DNA from: Pavona decussata | Taxonomy: Eukaryota | Direction of reading: 5' to 3' | Length of the DNA stretch: 64,000 nt | NCBI GenBank assembly: GCA_977016875.1 | Contig: CDRNST010000072.1 | Coordinates: 372,001-436,000, forward strand | Shown: piece by piece, positions 52,220 to 61,907 of the stretch | Position numbering within the stretch: the stretch's first letter is position 1 | Layout: each line of letters opens with the position of its first letter | Position numbers and translations under genes: made by a program | Notes under the pieces: generated by a model | What the model saw: only the letters and a program-made list of their open reading frames with translations | What the model was told of the DNA's origin: nothing | Database searches by the model: none

Positions 52220-53356
52220 TATGAAAAGAGCTAATTGGGGAGAAGATAATGGTAGCTGGGGGGTTGATGACCCACAAAAACGTTCATAAAAAATTTCAAA
52301 CGACCCCCATGCTCTCTGGTACGATTTTTTGGTGCCGGCCGTTAGAGCTGAGCCTAATAAATCCCTCAAGTGAGTGACCAACTCTCCGGTAGAAGGTTCG
52401 CTGGTACTGTTGTTGGGAATTCGTCTGCCTCTGGCGCTAGTTCCTTGAAGTTGTCTACCTGAAATCGGGAGAGGTAATCGGCTTGGCTGTTCTGCAAGCC
52501 AGGAACATGCCGAGCACGAAATAAAATATTATAACGTAGGCAACTAAGAACCAGGTCACGTAGAAAAACCATAACTGACTTATGCTTAGATGTTTGCTTG
52601 CTGATAATGTCCACGAGGGCAGCATTATCGGTGAAAAATAGCACGCAGCGGTTAGCCATGCTAGTCCCCCAAATGTGGACAGCAATAACAATGGGAAAAA
52701 ACTCGAGGAAAGTAATGTTGAAACTGTGCCATTTGTCAGGAAAAGCGCTGCCAAACCAGTGCTTTCCAAATATCGCACCATAACCTTTTGATGCCGCAGC
52801 ATCCGTATATAATTTAAGTGTAGAAGAATTGTCCCAGCGATCTGACTATAAAAAAATCCCTGCCATTAAAATTATCTAGAAAGTCTAACCACATGCGTAT
52901 ATCAAGTTTAGCTTCTCTGTTTAAACGGATGTGGTGATGAGGGCGTGTCAGACCGGTGGTAAGGTCAATTAAGCGGCGTAAAAATGCACGGCCTAGGATG
53001 ACAACTGAACAACAAAAATTCAACAGGCCGATTAAAGATTGCAGCTCGCGCAGAGTAACGGAGCGCTTCTTATAAAATTGATGAAGTAAGGTGCGACATT
53101 TGGTAAGATTGTCTAGCGATAACCTGGCCTCCTGATGCACAGAATCAAGCTCTATGCCAGCGAATTCTAAAGTGGTACCTGGTCCTACTGTTTTCTCTTC
53201 AGCAATTGGGACTCCGGGGAATTTGCACATATCGAGAAAGTGGTGTAGATCTTTGCTGCATTGATCTTTATTAGGTGCAATTAACAAAAAATCGACTAAA
53301 ATATGTAAAACGGCAGAGACATGTAAGTGTTGCGTGGCAAGCCACTCCAAAGACGA
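52220..53356 (-). mobile_element. Ngaro copy D (RT/RH and YR start only)
   Basis: Near-identical to 9412-10548 with the same host junction TACAAA|TATG. Confidence 0.9.
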
Positions 53357-55173
53357 TCTGACTGCCCAGGTTGCCAACGCTGTTATGGAGACTGGAATCT
53401 TTGACAGATGCCTTCCATGCTTTCTTTTTGCCAATTTGAAACAACCCACTTGTAGAATCACAACCAGTTAAAGCATGGAACGCTGGCATCGATGCGCAGA
53501 CACTCCCACCAAGGTTCTCAGCAATAAGATGGACAGGGATAAAGCTAACCTTATCCTTGACGTCATTCTTGAACCAAATTTCGTCACATTGTATCATCTA
53601 GAATGCATGGATAGCTAATACAGCAACGTCTGTGTCAGGGGACTGGATGACAATCCTGTCTTTAGTGGAAGAAGCTTTCCAAGCATGAAGGATCATCCTT
53701 GTGTCAGCTTCTTCGTGGTCTGATCTTAGCTCTGCAAGGGGATCCGTGCGTCCACAGGTTACAACAACTGCATCTGTTGGATCTTTAAAGCCACCTCCAA
53801 TCACCATTTCTTTACCCGGAAGTAAATATTGTTCACCCAAACAGCACCATTTTTGGCAAAGAAATCTGGAAAGGTTAAGTGTGTTATTCTGGTTGCTGAT
53901 GAACTTTCCCCATCGCTTTGGAACAGGTGTGTGCTTGTTTGTGATTTGGATCCCAAGTGCTCTGCTCAATCTTTCGTTTTCCTTTATGGACTCTCGAACA
54001 TCGTAGCAGTTAAAGCTTATACACTGACCTTGCCGTAGAGGTGTGAAAGGGTAAAGTAAAGTACCTTTCAGCGAGGTCTCCGAATGTGCGGCAACCTGCA
54101 GACTTCAACATCTGGATAAGAGCCATTGCATCAAAATGAATGCTGTTGAAAGGGTACTTTCAGGAAGTCTTCCCTGTGCCTGACACTCTTGTTCAACCTC
54201 GGCCATTAGAGAACTTTTTGTCGTTTTCCGCAAAGCACCATCTGCGTGTGCCAATGCAAAGGGCACAGTTGACAGTTCATAGCTCAGGACCTCTTTCACA
54301 TCAACATCACGACACTTTTCAGCAATCAGAAGTCTACCGAACAAATTCCGTCTGTGCACATGATGTGACTGGTTTTTGCCATAGAGGCAAATATTTTCAC
54401 ATTGACTTTCGATATCTTGCTCCAAAAAGATACCTCACAACTGTCCATTCTTTGTATGGTAAACTTCTTTGCTTCTTCTGTTCCTGTCTTGAAACAGTCA
54501 ATGAGCTGCGTTGCAGAATCGTTTGGCATAACTACGCAAGTGGCGATGTTTCGGTAGAGGAATTGGATCTTCTTTCGATGCCTCACTCAAATCAAAAGGG
54601 TTTGACATGGTAGTAGCAATGGTGTTGATCAGCTTCTGAACATCAGCTCTATTCCTCTTTACTCTCTGAGAACTTGCCTCCTTGTGGGTTCCAATCTTGT
54701 CAGAGTCTTCAAGGTTGCAAAGTTGCTTGGTTGCAGAAGTAATCTCAGCCCTCTTGTGACTAGTTAGAAACCATCTGTCTAATGCAGAAGCATTTTGTGT
54801 TAAGTCAACAATACCTCCTCTATAGTCTTGCTGTCGAGGTTGATGGTTTGTTCCAAGGCCATGTCGGTCCAAACTTGGCTGAAACGTTGACTAAATCTAC
54901 ATACTGGATGGTTGCCGTTTAGGAACTCTTCGTGAACTTCTGGAGCGTGAGTGGGAAGCAAATGCATATCTGCCAAGTAGATTGGGAGCCACCTGCAATT
55001 GAAAAGAGCAAGAGATCATAACTAGGAGACACGTCAAAGGGGATAACGTTAGAAAATTAACAAATCGCAAATGCGCTTTGGCAGACACTAACAACAAACG
55101 TATTTTATTAATGCGTGTGACGAAGATTTTATCCCATATTATCCCAATTCAGATATATTGAAATTCAGTTTTT
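53355..55173 (-). mobile_element. Partial duplicate of the Academ element
   Basis: Near-identical to about 15194-17034; similarity stops abruptly at the Maverick terminus. Confidence 0.9.
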
Positions 55174-55218
55174 AGTAGTATAGATATTGGGGGTACGAGC
55201 GCAACCCCCCTTTTCCAA

Positions 55219-55402
55219 TTACATCTGAAAATCTCCACACGAATTGTATGAAATTTCTTCTGGTCACCTTTTTTACATCTGAAAATCTCCACACGAATTG
55301 TATGAAATTTCTTCTGGTCACCTTTTTTACATCTGAAAATCTCCACACGAATTGTATGAAATTTCTTCTGGTCACCTTTTTTACATCTGAAAATGTCCAC
55401 AC
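55219..55402. repeat. 54-bp tandem repeat (about 3.4 copies) in the Maverick terminal region
   Basis: Unit TTACATCTGAAAATCTCCACACGAATTGTATGAAATTTCTTCTGGTCACCTTTT. Confidence 0.95.
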
Positions 55403-55479
55403 TAATTACATCGAATTTTGACTGAGGGGCTACGAGCGCACCTCATTGAATCTTCATACAATTTTGTGTGAAGATTGAA

Positions 55480-55620
55480 TTAGATTCTTCTCTTAATCTC
55501 TTGGTCTCTTCTTCTCTTAATGTCTTTGTGTCCGTAGGCGAAACTTGTCACACCGTTTTCATGTATGTATCTCTTATCATCAAAGCAACTTAGTGATGTT
55601 TTTCCCTTTGTGGCTTTCCT
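55480..55620 (-). pseudogene. C-terminal stub of protein-primed DNA polymerase B
   Basis: KTSLSCFDDKRYIHENGVTSFAYGHKDI matches the characteristic Polinton pPolB C-terminus; no upstream polymerase motifs are present. Confidence 0.8.
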
Positions 55621-55878
55621 GTTAATCAATATACTTATGACCAACATCCGGTTGTGAGGAATTTGCATACATGTTCATTGAAGTGAAACGTGCAGTCACG
55701 CTAACCACAACCGCTCATGTAAAAATATCCTGTGATGTAAACGAATTATTTTTCCTGTTTTCACCAAATACACATGCGTACTAAAATTTAACATGAGTGT
55801 TACCGGTATGAAATACCACATGTAAAAGCTTTTTTAAACTGTAACATATAAATAGGCTGTTTGGTTGTGATATAAATT

Positions 55879-56368
55879 GGTTGTGTATGCTCAGTAGTTA
55901 ACCATTGGAAAAAGCAGGGGCCTTTGGTTACCGAACTGTATACACAACCCCTATAGAATGGTGAAAAACCCCTGCCGTCATTCTATAGGTTGACTGAATA
56001 ATAAAATAATAAAACTGTCGCCCTAAGATCGGTGGCAAGCTGTTGGGTAGAGCTTAGTTGGGTTAATCCCTTCAGAAGTGCCGGTTCAGCCCACACCGTA
56101 GGGCGATAAATACAAAATATGGCTTCAATCAAGGAGTCTGATAGTGCTCAAAAGAGCGGTGTGGTGGAGGGCAAAGCCTTGTAAAGTGGGTAAAATAAAA
56201 TAAATAAAATAAATAAAAAAACCAAAAAAAACCTCTCATGAGGGACAGGGTGGGAAAAATTAAAAAAGAGTAAAGTCCCTCATGAGAGGTCTGGTGGCCA
56301 CCAGTTTTGGTTTTTTATTACATCTCGTGACGATAGCTGTTTTTTCTATTCACGGTCATGAATAGAAA
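55879..56368 (+). ncRNA. Candidate structured RNA/ssDNA module (hairpin cluster with kissing loops)
   Basis: At least five successive stem-loop domains; wobble positions read G-U on the + strand. Transcription is not demonstrated. Confidence 0.4.
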
Positions 56369-56395
56369 GTCTGTTCAAAATATCTCACAACGCTT

Positions 56396-56881
56396 TTACG
56401 CAAAGATCATATCGTATTTTTTCTCAAACCTGTCAACAATCGGCGAATTGTCGAGAATGAAATCGTCATTTTGTTGAAGTTTTGACAACAGTTCTGACTC
56501 GTTGAATTGACCAGATCTGAGAATGTCTTTTATCTGAATCAACAGATGGCCATACGTTTGAAAAGCATACTGAACTTGGTGCAGTCTGATTTCAAGGTTT
56601 TTGTGTTTCATATACGCTTGAATAAGCACACTCGCAGACGCGATGGCAATTAGACTGACTCCTGCAGTCGCTATCGAACTGGCTAAACCACCGGTGGCAA
56701 ACACAATGCTTGAGATATTGCCTGCCAACTGCCACGCTTTCAATCGTTTGTAAGCAGCCTTGTACATCCACATCTTTTTGTGGTACGTTCTGTAATACGA
56801 TTTCAGTTCAGTTATCTGTGATTCGGTCAACTCTTCAGATATGTGGTTGAAATTGATGACCGATTTTTTTGTTTTTACCAT
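56396..56881 (-). CDS. Maverick small protein with a central hydrophobic hairpin (putative membrane-active protein)
   Basis: Intact 161-aa ORF; ISSIVFATGGLASSIATAGVSLIAIASASVLI flanked by helical charged regions. Confidence 0.75.
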   Translation of the reverse strand: MVKTKKSVINFNHISEELTESQITELKSYYRTYHKKMWMYKAAYKRLKAWQLAGNISSIVFATGGLASSIATAGVSLIAIASASVLIQAYMKHKNLEIRLHQVQYAFQTYGHLLIQIKDILRSGQFNESELLSKLQQNDDFILDNSPIVDRFEKKYDMIFA

Positions 56882-56890
56882 CTTTATTAT

Positions 56891-59305
56891 TTACTCAAGA
56901 TAAGATCTATTTCTTTTTTCCTCAAGCAAAATCCTGTGAAAGTCTAAACTGTCGACGTCAATAAACTTATCAACCAAACCGATTTTATTGACGAAGCCGT
57001 CATAGTCGATTTCAAATTGGTTACTTTGAAAATTAATAGTTCCGCTTAATGTTTTGGTTGCGTGAGCATTATAATTGCTTAGCGCCATCTTGTACAGACG
57101 TTGGGTGGCATCATAACATATCCAAATGCACAACTGTTTATTTTTGAAATCGCTTGTGAAACTGATTGACTGTTTTCCTCTTAGAAAGTCGATCTGAATT
57201 TGATCAGCAGTAATTAAAAATCTTGGATAAAATTTTATGTGAAACGCTCTCGTGTTAGACCAACTGATTGTTCCTGTTTTGGTTTCATCATGCAAAAAAG
57301 ACATGAAGAATGTAAAGCTGCTTGATTGATTAAAAACTTTTGTTGTATGGATACGTGTTTTTGTACTGAGTTTCAAACCATTTTTGACGTCATAGTCGTT
57401 GATAAAACGATCTGTTTCAAGGATAAAATTAGGTAGAACACTATTTATCACAACACCGCTAACACCCTTGATGAGACCAAAGCGTGATGTTTCTAATAAA
57501 TCATAGAATTCGGAAAATATACTTCTGTAAGCATGACCTTTCGTGTGATATGACACGGAATCCAAACTTGACTTATTGACAGCGTCTCCATCATCGATCG
57601 GGTCGGAAAGATGCACTATTCTTTTGTTATTCATGTCTAGTTCAGTCTGCATTTTCATGTCTCCATTTTCGTACTTGAACATAACATTATCCAACCCATC
57701 GTAAATATCTGGATACACACTATCCGACCAATCTTTTACACCGTAAACAACCAGATGGCACTGCACCGGTGTCGCTGTAGCTGTGCCGTGCATCGTCAAA
57801 TAGATGTAATCTGGAGTTTGTTTGCTGTTGTTATTGAATTGAACCAATAGCTTGCTATAATCAGTGAAATCACGCTGTGTTGATTTGTGGATATACGCAG
57901 AAGATGCAGTACATGATAATTGAATATTGGTCATTTCCGGTGGGTAGAATTCAAACATGATAGTGTATGTTCCTATAGCGAGAGAATAAAGATTGAAACC
58001 TATCCTTGATCGATAATTATTTGTGCCTGCATCCTTTGTCAAAACTATGCTGTAAGCCTTTTTATTTTGATGTGGAGATTCATTGAAATCAACAATACCA
58101 GTCACCGTGATATTGTACTCCGAACTGCTCTCGTCACTATCTATAAGATATTTGAATTGATTTGTTTTATGACTGCTGACAAGATGACTCTGCTCCAATC
58201 TGTCCTCAAAATATTTTTTGGTAGTAGCGTCATTATCATCAGTCGGTTTGGCGATGGATTTAATCTGTTTTTCATTCATATCGAGGTTGCCTGTCATTGG
58301 GATACTTCCATCTTTTTTCAAATATGCACTCAAATCACTTCCACCAGATGGTATTTTAGCTATTTCTGTATCAACATATGCTTTAGTGGAAGCATCATTG
58401 GGATCGGAAGGATTTCCAAGAACGATTATTTTATGACCTCTCATATCTAAATCACCACCAAGAGCATTTGGTGTCAACCTGTTGAGAAAGTTATGGTCAA
58501 CGTAGTATTTATTGACAGCATCATTATTATCAACAGGTTGAGCCATACCTTTGATTCTATGATTGTCCATATTGAGGTCACTATTAGATACTTTTTGTAA
58601 ATATTTTGTATCACAAAAACCTAAATTGACAACATCAGATGAATTTTGAATATTGTACCCAAGGTTGGTGATTTGTTGATTACCAATATTAAGATCACCA
58701 GTCATTGCAACACTGCCATCTTTTTTCACATACGCAGATAAATCAGTTGATGGTATTTTTTTAATCTCATCATCCACATATTTTTTATTCGCCGCTTGAT
58801 CGTTATTATTGGGTTTTACCACATTAAGATCAAAAAATGTTTTCCGCCCGGTAATATGTTGTTCAGTCGATGTTACCATAATTTCGCTTTTTTTACGGCC
58901 ACCATAGCCGTCAAAGTTTTGCAAATCCGGTACATGAAGGTGAATATTGTCATAAGACTGATGTTCAGTCATTAATCTAACACTATTGAAGCTACCAGCA
59001 CCGTCTGGTATGTCCTGCAGATAGACACTGTTGGTATGAACGCTACCCGTGTTGCTGTAAATTACTGCTTTATCGGCTTGCACATTACCAGGGGAATTAT
59101 CTAACGATTGAATTTGACTATTTGTGACTGCATCATTGGGATTGGTTCCTTGTTTGACATTTACAAGTTTTTTGTTTTGAATATCGTAATTTCCATTTTC
59201 GTCTAACTTAAAACCAACCCCCGGAAAACCCCTCTCACCTCTCTCTCCTTTTCCTGAAGGATAATTGAAATTTAAAACTCCGTTGTAAAAACTCATTTTA
59301 TTCAA
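56891..59305 (-). CDS. Maverick fibre/spike-like protein (collagen triplets, repeated neck motifs, C-terminal beta-rich domain)
   Basis: Intact 804-aa ORF; GKGERGERGFPG; seven repeats of G(D/N)LDMxxxxIxxLxxPxxxxDAxxKxYVD type; two copies of DLSAY(V/L)KKDGS. Confidence 0.75.
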   Translation of the reverse strand: MNKMSFYNGVLNFNYPSGKGERGERGFPGVGFKLDENGNYDIQNKKLVNVKQGTNPNDAVTNSQIQSLDNSPGNVQADKAVIYSNTGSVHTNSVYLQDIPDGAGSFNSVRLMTEHQSYDNIHLHVPDLQNFDGYGGRKKSEIMVTSTEQHITGRKTFFDLNVVKPNNNDQAANKKYVDDEIKKIPSTDLSAYVKKDGSVAMTGDLNIGNQQITNLGYNIQNSSDVVNLGFCDTKYLQKVSNSDLNMDNHRIKGMAQPVDNNDAVNKYYVDHNFLNRLTPNALGGDLDMRGHKIIVLGNPSDPNDASTKAYVDTEIAKIPSGGSDLSAYLKKDGSIPMTGNLDMNEKQIKSIAKPTDDNDATTKKYFEDRLEQSHLVSSHKTNQFKYLIDSDESSSEYNITVTGIVDFNESPHQNKKAYSIVLTKDAGTNNYRSRIGFNLYSLAIGTYTIMFEFYPPEMTNIQLSCTASSAYIHKSTQRDFTDYSKLLVQFNNNSKQTPDYIYLTMHGTATATPVQCHLVVYGVKDWSDSVYPDIYDGLDNVMFKYENGDMKMQTELDMNNKRIVHLSDPIDDGDAVNKSSLDSVSYHTKGHAYRSIFSEFYDLLETSRFGLIKGVSGVVINSVLPNFILETDRFINDYDVKNGLKLSTKTRIHTTKVFNQSSSFTFFMSFLHDETKTGTISWSNTRAFHIKFYPRFLITADQIQIDFLRGKQSISFTSDFKNKQLCIWICYDATQRLYKMALSNYNAHATKTLSGTINFQSNQFEIDYDGFVNKIGLVDKFIDVDSLDFHRILLEEKRNRSYLE

Positions 59306-59308
59306 TGT

Positions 59309-59959
59309 CTAGATAATTTGTGTAAAATTTTTTGCGTTAAACTTTCGGGGTTTGTCGGAATACAAAAATGTGTGAGGCTCATTTGTTGCGTATTCGTATA
59401 TTTTTTCGTTTATCCCCAAATCTCTGCAAATTGAATTCTTTTCTCTTGTGTTTGGAAAATCGTAAATGCAGTAATGGGAACAGTTTAATCTAATCGTTTT
59501 ATCCGTGTTGTAAAAAGACTGAGAAAGATAGACGCAACTGCAGTTTTTGTTTCGAGAGTTTGTGAAATAATTCCTAATTTCCCTATCGTTAGCTGTTCCA
59601 GTGTTCAAGTAATCGTCGAAAATTACCAACTTTTGATGCTCGTCGTTCATTTCCGACAATGGCAAAATATCTCCGTTACTGGCTTCAATCATGTCATAAC
59701 CGTATTTTTTTGAAAAAGGTTCGAAAAAATCTAACAAAAATCGATACTTATCCTGTTCCAAGTTTTTTGCATACAAGTATATCTTATCGTAATACAAAAG
59801 TGGTTTCATTATCATGTGAACCAAAAGGTTGGTTTTTCCACAACCGCTAGGCGCACAAATCAACATTCTAAAGCATCTATCGGGCATGAATTCACATCCA
59901 GGTATCTGTCGAAAATTGTTATCACTATAACCTTTGACATCGTAGTTTGGTATTTCCAT
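59309..59959 (-). CDS. A32/FtsK-like genome packaging ATPase
   Basis: Walker A ICAPSGCGKT, Walker B LVIFDD, arginine-finger region SRNKNCSCVYLSQSF, IRLNC. Confidence 0.92.
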   Translation of the reverse strand: MEIPNYDVKGYSDNNFRQIPGCEFMPDRCFRMLICAPSGCGKTNLLVHMIMKPLLYYDKIYLYAKNLEQDKYRFLLDFFEPFSKKYGYDMIEASNGDILPLSEMNDEHQKLVIFDDYLNTGTANDREIRNYFTNSRNKNCSCVYLSQSFYNTDKTIRLNCSHYCIYDFPNTREKNSICRDLGINEKIYEYATNEPHTFLYSDKPRKFNAKNFTQII

Positions 59960-60014
59960 TTACTAAATACCAAACAAAATATTTTTTCGATTACGGTTTG
60001 TTTTTGTTGCAAAT

Positions 60015-60050
60015 CGCTATACGACACGCTATACGACACGCTATACGACC
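60015..60050. promoter_or_regulatory. 12-bp direct repeat x3 in a divergent intergenic region
   Basis: CGCTATACGACA x3 (last copy ends in C) between the ATPase start (59959, minus) and the PZ-like start (60098, plus). Confidence 0.55.
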
Positions 60051-60097
60051 CGTTTTTATATTTATTTTTACAAAAAATTTTGTTGAGCAAAGATAAA

Positions 60098-61120
60098 ATG
60101 AGTTTGCAAAAATGGAAAGAAATGGCCGAAAAAAGGACGAAAGCCGGCCAAACTGCCAACGCAATTAGGGAAAGTATTAAACAAAAGAAAATCGCTGATA
60201 CAATGGGAGAAGCTGAAGCAGAAAAACTTTTCAGACCAATAACATCCGGTTTGAAAGATTTGAAACTGACTCAGGCTAAACCTGTAAAAAGGATTTTCAG
60301 AAAAAAAGCGCCAGCAGGTTTTCCCCCAGATTATGGAATAAATATTGAGGATGAAGGAATTCCAGATTACAATCTAGAAGATTTGTTTGATGAGGGAGTT
60401 CAACCACAAGATACAAAACAACTTGTTCCAAAACCACCCTCTTACGACGATGTCTTGAAAGATTTGGAAACAGGAAAAAAGAAAATGTCGATCGATCCGG
60501 AGTTTATGCCGGAACTAGAGACAATACCTGAAGATCCTCCGGAATACGATGAAGATGAAGTTCCGGATTATTCAATTTTCGATGAAGACAGAATAAATGA
60601 GACTTTGGACCAACTTGGTTTATCAAATTATGATGATATTGAAGCACAACTCAGCAGGGTTGATATGACAGAAAAAACTAGACAGAATTATTTAACAAAG
60701 AAAATCGAAGAGGCGACAAAAGAAAGACGACGATTTTCGGGATACAAAACAGACATTACAAAGAAGCTGAACAAAGGTGAGATTAGTCAGGCTGAAGCTC
60801 AGTTTGGAAGAAAAATTATTGACGATATGAGAAAAGTTTTAAACGACTATATTGGTTACCACAAAAGCAAGTTGAAGAGTATCAAAGGTTCGGGTTTGAG
60901 AAGATCCGCAGGTAGGCAAACCAAACGGGGTGGAAACGCTTTTTTCATAAATCCAGACAATGCTATAAAAAAGTTGCAGTTAATCGTCGGTTCGATTGAA
61001 GCAGGAAATAACAGCATTGAGTTAAGAAACATGGGTGTAGCAATTTTGGATATTTTATTGAAAAACAACATTATCAACAAACCTGTGTACAATAATTTTT
61101 ACAAAAACTTTTTCGGATAA
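60098..61120 (+). CDS. Polinton PZ-like conserved protein
   Basis: Likely start MSLQKWKE at 60098; C-terminal KLQLIVGSIEAGNNS...ILDILL motif; acidic Pro-rich middle. Confidence 0.75.
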   Translation: MSLQKWKEMAEKRTKAGQTANAIRESIKQKKIADTMGEAEAEKLFRPITSGLKDLKLTQAKPVKRIFRKKAPAGFPPDYGINIEDEGIPDYNLEDLFDEGVQPQDTKQLVPKPPSYDDVLKDLETGKKKMSIDPEFMPELETIPEDPPEYDEDEVPDYSIFDEDRINETLDQLGLSNYDDIEAQLSRVDMTEKTRQNYLTKKIEEATKERRRFSGYKTDITKKLNKGEISQAEAQFGRKIIDDMRKVLNDYIGYHKSKLKSIKGSGLRRSAGRQTKRGGNAFFINPDNAIKKLQLIVGSIEAGNNSIELRNMGVAILDILLKNNIINKPVYNNFYKNFFG

Positions 61121-61130
61121 ATAAGTAAAT

Positions 61131-61889
61131 ATGGAAAGACAATTGGTTTTATCTTCTCACAGCGTTAAAAAACAAGGTAAGAATAAACCCAGTGATTTCA
61201 CAATCAAATACAATGAACCGATAAGACTAAACCCAAACAACACGTATGTTCTTGGTCTTGACAGAATTATAACAATGTCGTTCACTTGGTTTAATATCAA
61301 TTCGGATTTGAAAAACCAGCTCATAAAATACTCTTCAGACGGAGGAAAAACATGGAAAGACATTAATTTTCCACCCGGAACGTGGAACTATGTTGATTTT
61401 AACGATCACATCAAGGAAGAGACAAAAACAGGAACCGCAAGCAACCCCTCATATCCGATTACATTGGAATTCGACAACACAACATATAAAACAATCATTA
61501 CATTGGCAGCAAACTACCAACTCGATTTGAGACCGTCAAATTTTAACGACTTGATCGGTTTTAACAAAAAAATTTTGACCAGTACTGAAAATACTGGTGA
61601 CTACACACCAAATCTTAGTCAAGACACGGAGATTCTCAACATTCACTGCGATTTGATTTCAGAAAGTCTTGTCGATGGGGATGAAACAGACATCTTGTAT
61701 TCTTTTGGGACAAACGACTTGACACCTTCATATGCTTTTACTAAAGAGCCTTTGAGGGTTCAATTTAACCCAGTCAACAAGTATCTAATCAACAACATAC
61801 GGATATACATCACCGATGGACAGAGAAGGATAATCGATTTGAATAATGCAGATACCGCATTTTCATTAATTTTGAAAGAAAAAATATAA
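61131..61889 (+). CDS. Minor capsid protein (penton, single jelly roll)
   Basis: NKPSDFTIKYNEPIRL, FPPGTW, LNIHCDLISESLVDG, INNIRIYITDGQRRIIDLN. Confidence 0.88.
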   Translation: MERQLVLSSHSVKKQGKNKPSDFTIKYNEPIRLNPNNTYVLGLDRIITMSFTWFNINSDLKNQLIKYSSDGGKTWKDINFPPGTWNYVDFNDHIKEETKTGTASNPSYPITLEFDNTTYKTIITLAANYQLDLRPSNFNDLIGFNKKILTSTENTGDYTPNLSQDTEILNIHCDLISESLVDGDETDILYSFGTNDLTPSYAFTKEPLRVQFNPVNKYLINNIRIYITDGQRRIIDLNNADTAFSLILKEKI

Positions 61890-61907
61890 AAGGTTGTAAT
61901 AATAAAA

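Noticed and set aside
52814-53461. 215-aa ORF as a novel fusion gene
   Set aside because: It is an off-frame Academ segment joined to Ngaro RT at a deletion junction, with the RT motif mutated (ILVDF) and a downstream frameshift.
55219-55402. 54-bp repeats as a CRISPR array, and ORFs 55149/55172 as repeat proteins
   Set aside because: The units are contiguous with no unique spacers and no cas genes are present; this is the subterminal repeat of the Maverick.
56016-56108. tRNA-Sec or hammerhead ribozyme
   Set aside because: The GCCC...GGGCG ends and GGTTCA are suggestive, but no cloverleaf fits. The minus-strand CTGAAGG lacks the CUGAnGA...GAAA core. Kept only as an unclassified structure.
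59816-60097. N-terminal 94 codons of the 434-aa ORF
   Set aside because: They overlap the ATPase antisense and the intergenic repeat (YDTL x3); ATG 60098 with the shared TAAA context is the more plausible start.
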